From assembly GCF_900199515.1 (NCBI RefSeq), contig NZ_LT963434.1, forward strand, positions 573,272-605,271: a stretch of DNA of 32,000 nt, given 5' to 3'. Origin of the DNA: Massilicoli timonensis. GTDB lineage: Bacteria; Bacillota_I; Bacilli_A; Erysipelotrichales; Erysipelotrichaceae. Of this stretch, positions 7,878-17,349 are shown piece after piece. The notes beneath the pieces are model-generated. The model was not told the DNA's origin, did not search any database, and saw nothing but the letters and a program-made list of their open reading frames with translations. The position numbers and the translations under genes are program-made. The stretch's first letter is position 1; each line of letters opens with the position of its first letter.

Positions 7878-8744
7878 ATGAAAAAAATCGCATTGCTGTG
7901 CGATTCCGCGGCCGATATTTCAAAAGAAGCCGCAAAAGCGCTCGATATACATGTCATACGAATGCCGCTGATGGTAGAAGACAAAACCTACATAGAGGAA
8001 GTCGATATTTCTCAAGAGGATATCATCCGCATGCTGAAAGAAGGCAAAACGATCAAAACAACACAGCCGCCAATCGGAGAGGTTACTGCGTTATGGGAGC
8101 AGCTGCTCACACAGTACGATGAAATATTTTATCTGCCGTTATCAAGAGAATTAAGCGGCACTTGTGAAAATGCGATCGCCGCAAGCAAGGAATACGATGG
8201 AAAAGTTACCGTTGTGAACAGTACCTTTGCCTGCTATCCGATCATCTTGATGCTGGAACAGGCAAGAAAACTGTTTCAACAGGGCTATTCCTGTAAACAA
8301 GTAAAAGAGATGTTTGAGAAGCAAGGTGAATTATATGCCATCTTGATTCCCGAAAATCTGACGACCTTAAAAAACGGAGGGCGTATCTCTCCGGCTGCGG
8401 CCGCATTAGCCGGTTTATTGAAAATTCATCCACTGCTGACGATCGAAGAAGGCAGAATCGATGTCTATGATAAGGTTCGCACCTTAAACAAAGCCTACAA
8501 AGAAGGACTTGCGGCGGTCATGAAAGGCATAGAAAATGCAGAGGATTATGACTGGATGATCATTGATGCGGACAATCGCAGCGCCAGTGATGCTTTGAAA
8601 GGCATGATGGAAGAAGCATTGGGGGTTCCCGTACAGCAGACAACCTTTCGCTCTATCATCATGTCCCATACCGGCGTGGGAACGATCGCATTCGGACGAA
8701 TCCGCAAAGTCGTTCCACAGGAAGCACCCCAAGAAGCAGCATAA
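7878..8744 (+). CDS. DegV-family fatty-acid-binding protein
   Basis: MKKIALLCDSAADI start and overall DegV-like layout (288 aa). AAGGGAG RBS upstream. Confidence 0.85.
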   Translation: MKKIALLCDSAADISKEAAKALDIHVIRMPLMVEDKTYIEEVDISQEDIIRMLKEGKTIKTTQPPIGEVTALWEQLLTQYDEIFYLPLSRELSGTCENAIAASKEYDGKVTVVNSTFACYPIILMLEQARKLFQQGYSCKQVKEMFEKQGELYAILIPENLTTLKNGGRISPAAAALAGLLKIHPLLTIEEGRIDVYDKVRTLNKAYKEGLAAVMKGIENAEDYDWMIIDADNRSASDALKGMMEEALGVPVQQTTFRSIIMSHTGVGTIAFGRIRKVVPQEAPQEAA

Positions 8745-8753
8745 GCATGACAA

Positions 8754-8778
8754 GGAAGGCAATGCGCCTTCCTTTTTT
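8754..8778 (+). terminator. Rho-independent terminator after degV
   Basis: GGAAGGC-AATGC-GCCTTCC followed by TTTTTT. The T-run overlaps the stop of the convergent gene at 8777. Confidence 0.65.
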
Positions 8779-9106
8779 AATCGACCAGCATCGTATAAGA
8801 AGCAACTTCCCCCATCGTTTCATAGTCGATCAACGGCAAACGCAAAGGAAAAGATACTTTTACCTGATAGCGTTCTCCCACCTCCCTAATTTCCAGTTCT
8901 AAATTCGGATACTGTTCCTCCACTGCCGTGATCAGTTCCTCCACACTGCTGTCATAGCGATTCTGATGTTCGATCGCCGACACCGCATACTCCTTCAAAT
9001 AGCGGGCGTGGTTGTATTGCATCAAGATGTCGATAAAATTGATTCCCAGCACCAGAAACGGCATGGAAAATACCATCAAAAACGCGAACTCAAATGACCC
9101 TTTCAT
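8777..9106 (-). CDS. TadE-like pseudopilin / minor pilin candidate (109 aa)
   Basis: N-terminus MKGSFEFAFLMVFSMPFLVLG matches the TadE N-terminal pattern (G-S/A-x-x-x-E-F-A-L-hydrophobic-P). Start placed at ATG 9106, 5 nt after AGGAGGA, rather than the GTG at 9124 used in the ORF track. Confidence 0.6.
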   Translation of the reverse strand: MKGSFEFAFLMVFSMPFLVLGINFIDILMQYNHARYLKEYAVSAIEHQNRYDSSVEELITAVEEQYPNLELEIREVGERYQVKVSFPLRLPLIDYETMGEVASYTMLVD

Positions 9107-9107
9107 C

Positions 9108-9257
9108 TCATCCTCCTGTTTCACTCGTCATCTGATTCCACTGCTGCTCCAGTGTTTCCTGCATGATCTCCTTAAATCCATCTGAAAATGCAATCATACC
9201 GGTCGCAATGATCGTTACCACCAGCACAAGACCATATTCCTCAAAAAATGCTTTCAT
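9108..9257 (-). CDS. flp: Flp-type pilin candidate (49 aa), not in the supplied ORF track
   Basis: Hand translation gives MKAFFEEYGLVLVVTIIATGMIAFSDGFKEIMQETLEQQWNQMTSETGG. It has the E-Y-G-L core followed by a hydrophobic helix, as in Flp pilins. The ATG overlaps the upstream stop as ATGA, preceded by GGGGGTGA. An in-frame TGA 39 nt upstream excludes a longer leader with a standard start codon. Confidence 0.55.
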   Translation of the reverse strand: MKAFFEEYGLVLVVTIIATGMIAFSDGFKEIMQETLEQQWNQMTSETGG

Positions 9258-10000
9258 CCCATCACCCCCTTTCCGAATAATTGAATGATCATTTCAAACA
9301 TCACTGCCATAAATACGACCGTTACCCCAAACAGCGGCAGCATGCCCCACCACTGATAGATCGCCGTTTCTTCCTCGCTTCTTTTTTGTCGCTGCTTTCT
9401 AAGCCATCTGGTCGTCGTTTGTATCATGCCGTTCAATTGCCGATCACAGTCTGTTTCACCCACACATTGATAACGATAAAGCAGCTTCATCGCGCGTTCT
9501 ACCTCCGCTAACTGGTAACGCGATAAAAACCGCAAATATGGTTCTAAAGAAATCGCATCCTTTTGCAGGGCGGCGATCAGTGCTTTCAGATCCTTTTTCA
9601 TCAGCTCCGGCGAAGCAGCATAAGAAAGCTGCAATGCGGAAAGCACCGTATTGGTCTGCAATAAGATCTGAATCTGCCTAAGCCAAATCGGAAACTGAAT
9701 GCGCAGCTGTGCCAATTCCTTACGATACTGCCTGCGTTTTTTCCAGTAATCCTTTTTCAGCAGGTAGAGAAACGACGCACCGATCACCAGAAGCATGCGG
9801 TTATCATGCCCGCAAAGCGGATACAGTATAAGACAATAACAAAACGGCAAGGCCCGATACAATCGCTTCGTCATCGTCTCTTCCCCGCTATAACGCCCTT
9901 CATCCTTTTCCTGCAAAAGCAAGGCAAGAAAAGCAACACATTCTTTATGGAAGTAAGTCAAAACCGCAAACACAGCGACAATTACGATTACTTCAGCCAT
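9254..10000 (-). CDS. tadC: TadC-like inner-membrane platform protein (T2SS-F-like)
   Basis: N- and C-terminal TM segments flank a helical cytoplasmic domain, in the position expected after tadB. ATG 10000 lies 5 nt after AAGGAG (the track uses the GTG at 10006). Confidence 0.6.
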   Translation of the reverse strand: MAEVIVIVAVFAVLTYFHKECVAFLALLLQEKDEGRYSGEETMTKRLYRALPFCYCLILYPLCGHDNRMLLVIGASFLYLLKKDYWKKRRQYRKELAQLRIQFPIWLRQIQILLQTNTVLSALQLSYAASPELMKKDLKALIAALQKDAISLEPYLRFLSRYQLAEVERAMKLLYRYQCVGETDCDRQLNGMIQTTTRWLRKQRQKRSEEETAIYQWWGMLPLFGVTVVFMAVMFEMIIQLFGKGVMG

Positions 10001-10857
10001 ATACACTCCTTTTCATCGATCCAAGTTTTTTTCAAAATACGATGCGCATTCCAAAGCGTCAGAAGCAGACAGATGAAAAAGAATACCATCGCATACTGAT
10101 ACCATTCACCGACTAGCTCTGTTTCCAACTGCCGCAGCATGTTTTTTGCCAGAAACGCAATGACAGCGGACATCACACATAAAATCAAAATCCGGTTTTT
10201 ACTGCTCAACTGTTCTTGCTTATAGGCATACGTATCTTCGATCCAATCATCAATATCCTCTAAGATCAAATCCAGTCCCTGTTCTTTTAGATCACCGCCC
10301 TGTGCTTCCAATGTTTCCATGCACATGAACGTATGGTGAATGATAAAGTGTGGATGATCCTCATAAAGCAGCATACATGCATCTTGCAAAGAACAGCCCC
10401 GATCAAGCGCCGCCACACATTGCGCAATGCGTTTTTGAAAATCTATGGAAACATAAGCGCCGCACTCTCGCATCGCCTGATATACTTTCTGATATTGCCG
10501 AAATAAAGCGATCAAATGCTGTAAAAACAATGTCATATCACGAAAGCGCTGTTCTTCCATCCGCTGTGCCAAAATACAGAAAAGCATATCCGGAAGCAGA
10601 AAGACAGTGATCAGATAAAGCGGCATTTGATACACCAGACGCAGCGAAAACAGCTGAAAGAAACAAAAGACAACAGCCATGACCAATAAGATCAATGCAA
10701 TGTGCTGGAAGATCTGATAGTGATAGCCCAAATAGGAAAACTGCTCTTTCAGCATCCGATACGCATGCTTGCTTAAAATATGATATTTCATACAAAAGCG
10801 CCACCGCGTATAGAAAAGCACTGTGAGCATCAGCGTGATCAAACCGCTCAAGAGCAT
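9988..10857 (-). CDS. tadB: TadB-like inner-membrane platform protein (T2SS-F-like)
   Basis: TM segments flank a helical region whose pattern FLQHLIALFRQYQKVYQAMRE...LDRGCSLQDAC...LEAQGGDL resembles the T2SS-F domain consensus. It overlaps the ATPase stop by 10 nt. Confidence 0.6.
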   Translation of the reverse strand: MLLSGLITLMLTVLFYTRWRFCMKYHILSKHAYRMLKEQFSYLGYHYQIFQHIALILLVMAVVFCFFQLFSLRLVYQMPLYLITVFLLPDMLFCILAQRMEEQRFRDMTLFLQHLIALFRQYQKVYQAMRECGAYVSIDFQKRIAQCVAALDRGCSLQDACMLLYEDHPHFIIHHTFMCMETLEAQGGDLKEQGLDLILEDIDDWIEDTYAYKQEQLSSKNRILILCVMSAVIAFLAKNMLRQLETELVGEWYQYAMVFFFICLLLTLWNAHRILKKTWIDEKECIWLK

Positions 10858-11849
10858 GTTTTCTTTCTCCTTTCCTTCATCGGATACAGCTTTTTATACA
10901 GCGGCTTCGGCAGTTCTTCTAAAGACAGCTTTTGTCCATCATAGATCATCGTACTGCACAAATGCGCTTCATTGGTAAAAACCACCGCTTCTGCGATCTG
11001 CCGTCTGATACCGTTATCCGTTACGCTTGCCTGCAGATAAACACCGATATCTACCGCTTCATACATCATTTCCAATTTTGCTTCCAGCTGCGCATAGCCG
11101 TCCGGAAACATCTGTATCATACGCTTTGGGATCGAAGCTGCTTGAGAACAGTGAATCGTCGATAACAAATGCGCGCCGGTAGACACCGCCTCCAACAAAT
11201 AAACCACTTCATGTGAGCGGATCTCACTTACCAAAAGCCAGTCCGGTTTTTGTCTTAAACTCGCTTTGATCGCATCGCTGTATGTAAAACGCTCATTCAC
11301 TTTCAGCGCAACACAATCGCTTGCCGGATGAATGATGTGGTGCCGCAGCTCCAATGTATCTTCGATCGTAATGATGCGCTGATGCGATGGAATATAGGAA
11401 GCCAAAAACTTGATCAATTCCGTTTTCCCGACCCCCGGAAGCCCACCGACCATGATATTGCATCCCTTCTGTACCGCCAGCTTCAAAAAGTCAAGCAGTG
11501 CGGCAGGCGCATATTTTTCTTTGATCAGCATCGACCGCGAAAGTCGTTGCACAGCCGGCGTTTTGCGGATCGAAATACTGATGCCGCTTTTTGAAACGGA
11601 GGGGTGCAGGATCGAGATACGCATATCCTCTGTTTCCGCCTCTAAAAGCGGATTGGTAACATTAAAAGGGAGATTGAGACGATTGGCAACCTGAAAGCAA
11701 AACTGCTCGATCTCATCATCACAAAACGTATCATCACGATAGCGTCCTTTTTTCAGATGATCCAGCCACAGCATACGGCCATTATAATTCACATCTGTTA
11801 TATCAGGATCATCTAAATAAGACTGAAATAAGTAAAACAGCTCTTTCAT
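10848..11849 (-). CDS. cpaF: CpaF/TadA/VirB11-family secretion ATPase (333 aa)
   Basis: ITDVNYNG and ISIRK N-domain motifs, Walker A GGLPGVGKTE, Walker B/Asp-box region PDWLLVSEIRSHE, and His-box STIHCS. Confidence 0.8.
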   Translation of the reverse strand: MKELFYLFQSYLDDPDITDVNYNGRMLWLDHLKKGRYRDDTFCDDEIEQFCFQVANRLNLPFNVTNPLLEAETEDMRISILHPSVSKSGISISIRKTPAVQRLSRSMLIKEKYAPAALLDFLKLAVQKGCNIMVGGLPGVGKTELIKFLASYIPSHQRIITIEDTLELRHHIIHPASDCVALKVNERFTYSDAIKASLRQKPDWLLVSEIRSHEVVYLLEAVSTGAHLLSTIHCSQAASIPKRMIQMFPDGYAQLEAKLEMMYEAVDIGVYLQASVTDNGIRRQIAEAVVFTNEAHLCSTMIYDGQKLSLEELPKPLYKKLYPMKERRKKTCS

Positions 11850-12544
11850 CGCAATACCTCCAGCACTTCACTGGATGTTTTCAGCACTGCTTCCGGCTGT
11901 CGGTAGGCACTGGTGTGGATCGCATAAATATCCACGCTGCCCATTTCCAGCGCTTTTTGCAATAGCGGGATCTGTTCATCCTGCACCGCCAGCACACAGA
12001 CATACGGCACTCCATCATCATCCTTACCCAGTTCCTTTCCTTTGCGGTCCTTGATCGAAAGCACACGTACATTTTGAAGCAGCACATCGCTTTTCATTCC
12101 CGCACTTCGATCATCGATCGTTACATAAACATCCACATGCTGAAACGCAACGATGCTGTTGCCCGCTGATTTCAACAAATTACAAGACAGTGAAAAAGCG
12201 CTCTGTCCCTTTTTTAACGCCAATGCCGGCGCATCCTTGAGGGTATCTGACGCTTCGATCGCCCCTTTATAAAAGAAAGAGCCTTTGGGGATCAGCCCTT
12301 CGATCGCGGCCACCTTCCCAATGATCGCCTTTTTGCTTTGATACATATTATTGCGCACTGCCTGTTTAGGCACTTCTATATAAGCGACCATTTCCTCGGT
12401 GATCTTCATTCTGGGCAAGATCGCTTCTTTGGCAACCGGCATTTTTACCATTTCATTTGTTTTCGCAAGGGCGATCATAAAGACCAATACATTTACCAAA
12501 AGCAAACTGCCCGCTAAAAGCAGTTTTCTATGTTTCTGCCCCAT
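11846..12544 (-). CDS. cpaB: CpaB/RcpC-like Flp pilus assembly protein (232 aa)
   Basis: N-terminal TM anchor, a SAF-like segment (IGKVAAIEGLIPKGSFF), then RcpC-like motifs (HVDVYVTI, LLQNVRVLSI, VCVLAVQDEQIPLLQKALEMGSV). GGAGGT RBS upstream. Confidence 0.7.
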   Translation of the reverse strand: MGQKHRKLLLAGSLLLVNVLVFMIALAKTNEMVKMPVAKEAILPRMKITEEMVAYIEVPKQAVRNNMYQSKKAIIGKVAAIEGLIPKGSFFYKGAIEASDTLKDAPALALKKGQSAFSLSCNLLKSAGNSIVAFQHVDVYVTIDDRSAGMKSDVLLQNVRVLSIKDRKGKELGKDDDGVPYVCVLAVQDEQIPLLQKALEMGSVDIYAIHTSAYRQPEAVLKTSSEVLEVLR

Positions 12545-12896
12545 CTTCCCGTACCTCCTCTATCATAGTTTCACGCACTTGGATCTGCATCCCTTTCCCA
12601 TTCATCTCCACTTCGACACTCGCAAACAGCGGCTCATCCATAAAGCCGATCAGACGTATCTCATAATGATAGCCACGGAACAGATTGTTTTTGAAATAGG
12701 CTTCAAAATCCTGCATAAACGCTGCCGCGCTTAATCCATCCGTTTCACGATTTTGCTTCATCGCATAAGCCAAAGCATGCTTACAGTTGTCATAAGTCAT
12801 CGACTCGACATGATCAAAAGCGATCACGCGGCAACAGACTACACAGAAAAGCGAGCCCAGCACAATGATCAAATACGTCATCACAACTGATTTCAC
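12528..12896 (-). CDS. N-terminally anchored small protein, first gene of the tad-like operon (122 aa)
   Basis: Hydrophobic N-terminus (TYLIIVLGSLFCVVCC) followed by a soluble domain of about 90 aa. GTG start is downstream of AAGGAGGGCAGGAGG, but the exact start is uncertain. It overlaps cpaB by 17 nt. Confidence 0.5.
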   Translation of the reverse strand: MKSVVMTYLIIVLGSLFCVVCCRVIAFDHVESMTYDNCKHALAYAMKQNRETDGLSAAAFMQDFEAYFKNNLFRGYHYEIRLIGFMDEPLFASVEVEMNGKGMQIQVRETMIEEVREDGAET

Positions 12897-13014
12897 GCTG
12901 TTTTTTCACCTCCTGCCCTCCTTATGCGCCGCTTTTTAGAAAAATCCTCAAGTTTTATAAGAGTTTTCCCAAAATCAACTGTTTTCATGATAAAATACAG
13001 ATTGGGTGATCATC

Positions 13015-13905
13015 ATGAAAAACTATTACAGCATTGATATCGGCGGTACCTATACCAAGATTGCCTATCTTGATGAGGACGGTCAAATTTTACAATTGGA
13101 AAAAATCAAGACCGCTTCTCCTTCTGCCGATGCTTTCTATGATAAAGTAACTGCTTTTTTAACCCATAAAGCGTATGGGATCGGTATTTGCGCACCGGGA
13201 ATCTTCCGCAATGACGGCATGATCTTAAGCGCCTCTTCGGGAAATGCGTCCCTGCTGTACCAGACGAATCCGATCTTAGAATTACAAAAGCGCACCGGGC
13301 TTGCGGCAAGCTTGCTCAACGATGCCAAAGCCTGCGGGCTATGCGAATTTTACCGCGGTGCTGCCAAAGGCAAAAAACGTGCGGCTGTTTATGTGATCGG
13401 CACCGGCATCGGCGGCTGCCTGATCGATGAAAACGGCATTCATACCGGTGCCAACGGCTTCAGCGGTGAGTTTTCCTATATGCCGATTTATCATCAGGGA
13501 GCGATCGCACAATTAGGCAATGAAGCCAGCATGACGGGACTGCTGCGCTATTACCAAAGCTTAGGGCATCCGGAAGTAGATGATACGCATATCATTACCC
13601 GGCGCTATTTTCAAAAAGAAGCGGACGCACAAAAAGCCATCGATCACTGGCTGGAGGCAATCACCATGCAGCTTATTACGATACACAGTGTCTATGATCC
13701 GCAGATCATCTGTATCGGCGGTGCAATCAGTGCACAGGCATGGGTCATTGAAGCACTGCGGGAACGCTATCGGCAAATGACTCGTTCTTTTATTTCGCCG
13801 ACCTTGCCCGATCAAACGATCATTACTGCCTGTGCTTATCAAGGCGAAGCCAATTTGATCGGTGCTTTCCTGCATATGCGCAAAGAAAGTGAGGAAACAG
13901 CATGA
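13015..13905 (+). CDS. ROK-family sugar kinase
   Basis: YSIDIGGTYTKIA phosphate-1 motif and GTGIGGCLI motif. Start placed at ATG 13015 (MKNYYSIDIGGT) rather than GTG 13006. Confidence 0.85.
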   Translation: MKNYYSIDIGGTYTKIAYLDEDGQILQLEKIKTASPSADAFYDKVTAFLTHKAYGIGICAPGIFRNDGMILSASSGNASLLYQTNPILELQKRTGLAASLLNDAKACGLCEFYRGAAKGKKRAAVYVIGTGIGGCLIDENGIHTGANGFSGEFSYMPIYHQGAIAQLGNEASMTGLLRYYQSLGHPEVDDTHIITRRYFQKEADAQKAIDHWLEAITMQLITIHSVYDPQIICIGGAISAQAWVIEALRERYRQMTRSFISPTLPDQTIITACAYQGEANLIGAFLHMRKESEETA

Positions 13906-14759
13906 TCAAGCTAATCGTAAGCGATCTGGATGGAACGCTGTTAAATGAGAAGCATCGTATCTCCGATGTATCTTTGACCGCGATCCAGGCGGCCAGGGAA
14001 GCAGGCATTGATTTCATGATCGCGACCGGAAGACATCAGGAAAATGTCGCTTCTTTATTAAAAGACACATCCTTGACGCCGGCGATGATCTGTATCAACG
14101 GCGCACAGTGCTTTGACGCACAAGGTCATCTATTATGGGAAGTCCCGCTTACAAGAGCAAAAACCATGGAACTATTGCATATTGCCGAAGCGTTTGGGCT
14201 GCATACACAGATCATGTGTGATCGCGGCATCTATTCCTGTGATGAGCTGGAAATCCATCGCCGTGATTTCATCGGTCAAAAGAAGATGAATGATCATGAC
14301 ATTGCAATGTTAAATGATTACTACGCCTTATTTCAAAAAATCAATCAGCCGACTGACTTGCCAAACGATGTTTCTATTTATAAGGTTGAATTGAACGGTG
14401 CGGAAAGTGCAAAAGCAAAAGTGGCAAAACTGCTGGAAAAAGACGAAAGCCTTGCTGTTTCCTATGCACCCGGTAGCGGTATCGAAATCAATGATATCCA
14501 CGCTTCAAAAGGAGAAGCACTGCGGCGGTTCTGTGATAGCATGCACTTATATCCACAGGAAGTGATGGTGATCGGCGACAGTGGCAACGATCTTTCCATG
14601 TTCGCTTATTTCCCTTATTCCTTCGCCATGGCAAATGCTCCGCAGGAAGTCAGAAGCAAAGCCTCGCTGATTGCCAATCGCAACAGTGATGACGGCGTTG
14701 CCAGAGCGATCTTCAAAACGATTGCCAGAAACCAGAACTACTGGACCTTTCAGAAATGA
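13902..14759 (+). CDS. Cof-type HAD-IIB phosphatase
   Basis: VSDLDGTLL, ATGR and GDSGNDLSMF motifs. ATGA overlap with the ROK stop. Confidence 0.85.
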   Translation: MIKLIVSDLDGTLLNEKHRISDVSLTAIQAAREAGIDFMIATGRHQENVASLLKDTSLTPAMICINGAQCFDAQGHLLWEVPLTRAKTMELLHIAEAFGLHTQIMCDRGIYSCDELEIHRRDFIGQKKMNDHDIAMLNDYYALFQKINQPTDLPNDVSIYKVELNGAESAKAKVAKLLEKDESLAVSYAPGSGIEINDIHASKGEALRRFCDSMHLYPQEVMVIGDSGNDLSMFAYFPYSFAMANAPQEVRSKASLIANRNSDDGVARAIFKTIARNQNYWTFQK

Positions 14760-14800
14760 TCGATGGTTCTGATCGGTGCTGATCATTAAAATGACAAAAA

Positions 14801-14860
14801 AATACGAATCTTGCAGAAGTTGGATCGTTCCTCCCCGCTTCCGGATTCGTATTTTATTTC
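14801..14860 (+). terminator. Hairpin plus T-run after the Cof-type HAD gene
   Basis: AATACGAATC (14801-14810) pairs with GATTCGTATT (14844-14853), followed by TTTATTTC. The loop is long. Confidence 0.45.
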
Positions 14861-15020
14861 TTTTCCCTATTTATGCTTTTCGTATGTTTTTTACTTTCGC
14901 TGTTGAAAAGAGTGCCTTCGATGCTTTGTTTACTTTCGATCCCATGTGCTTTTCTTTCGAACTTTTCATGTTGAATGAAACTAAAACAGCCTTGTTATAG
15001 TCATAAACGGTATTCACTTT

Positions 15021-15623
15021 TTATTTTGTTAAGGGTATTCCTTTTTGTTCCTGCATACAAAGAAAACGATATTGTAAAAGCGGCAAGACGATCGAAAAAA
15101 GAATTTCCGCTAATGTATTGATGCTTGCAAATGTAGCGATCAAAAGCAGACAGAATAGTAAAAGCAGATTATAACAAGACATCGCTATACGATAAAACCA
15201 ATAATCGATCGATTGATAAACAAACAGGCAGTACCAATAGCACGCAATATAGATGCCGGTACCCAGCATCGCTGCCGCAGTATGTAAAAATGACAGCATC
15301 GGTACACGCCCTTCATCATATGGCAAAATGGTAGCAATGACCATCAAGAGACAGGCAAGCGCACAATAAAGAGCAATCCTTTTGGGAATGAGAGCGGAAA
15401 GGTGTGAAATCGTCAAAAAAGCGAACCAGAAATAGCATGCGGTGCACGTTCCCCATAATACAAGCAAACCACGATGATGCAGTGCATTGCCGATGAATGA
15501 CAGATTTTCGCTCAGCAGCGGTGCTTGGATCGCGATGACAAAAGAAATCAAGATCACGATAATAAGCATATAAAACTGTAGTTTTTTCCATTTTGGATAT
15601 TGTTTCAGTCTGATCGTATTCAT
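15021..15623 (-). CDS. Polytopic membrane protein, function unknown (200 aa)
   Basis: Long ORF with about six hydrophobic segments. No motif I recognise. Confidence 0.55.
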   Translation of the reverse strand: MNTIRLKQYPKWKKLQFYMLIIVILISFVIAIQAPLLSENLSFIGNALHHRGLLVLWGTCTACYFWFAFLTISHLSALIPKRIALYCALACLLMVIATILPYDEGRVPMLSFLHTAAAMLGTGIYIACYWYCLFVYQSIDYWFYRIAMSCYNLLLLFCLLLIATFASINTLAEILFSIVLPLLQYRFLCMQEQKGIPLTK

Positions 15624-15709
15624 AGGAAACAGTATAGACGATTTTTCATAAAAAATCTACTGTAGACGCGTTTGATAGGCTATCCAACCTCGCAACTTTA
15701 TTTTTACCT

Positions 15710-15718
15710 CATACAGTA
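15710..15718 (+). promoter_or_regulatory. -10 element resembling mother-cell sporulation sigma (SigE/SigK) promoters
   Basis: CATACAGTA matches CATACAnT (SigE) and CATAnnnTA (SigK). It lies 35 nt upstream of the collagen-like ATG. No convincing -35 could be assigned. Confidence 0.25.
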
Positions 15719-15752
15719 AAGCAGCAGGATAACTGCGAAGGAGGTATTGCAT

Positions 15753-17267
<1,515 letters not shown>

Positions 17268-17288
17268 TCGCTTCACACATCAATAAAT

Positions 17289-17325
17289 ACCCTGTATCCA
17301 TTTCGATACAGGGTGTTTTCTGTTT
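17289..17325. terminator. Terminator between convergent collagen-like gene and ABC permease
   Basis: ACCCTGTATC-CATTTC-GATACAGGGT followed by GTTTTCTGTTTGTTT. Confidence 0.7.
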
Positions 17326-17349
17326 GTTTAACTGCTTTTTTTCTTTTCC

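Noticed and set aside
14776-15000. A 74-aa plus-strand ORF, and a 10-nt direct repeat TTTACTTTCG (14890-14899 and 14929-14938), in the 261-nt gap after the Cof-type HAD gene
   Set aside because: The ORF has no RBS and contains the terminator hairpin. A single 10-nt repeat in T-rich spacer could arise by chance, and I see no accompanying structure or array.
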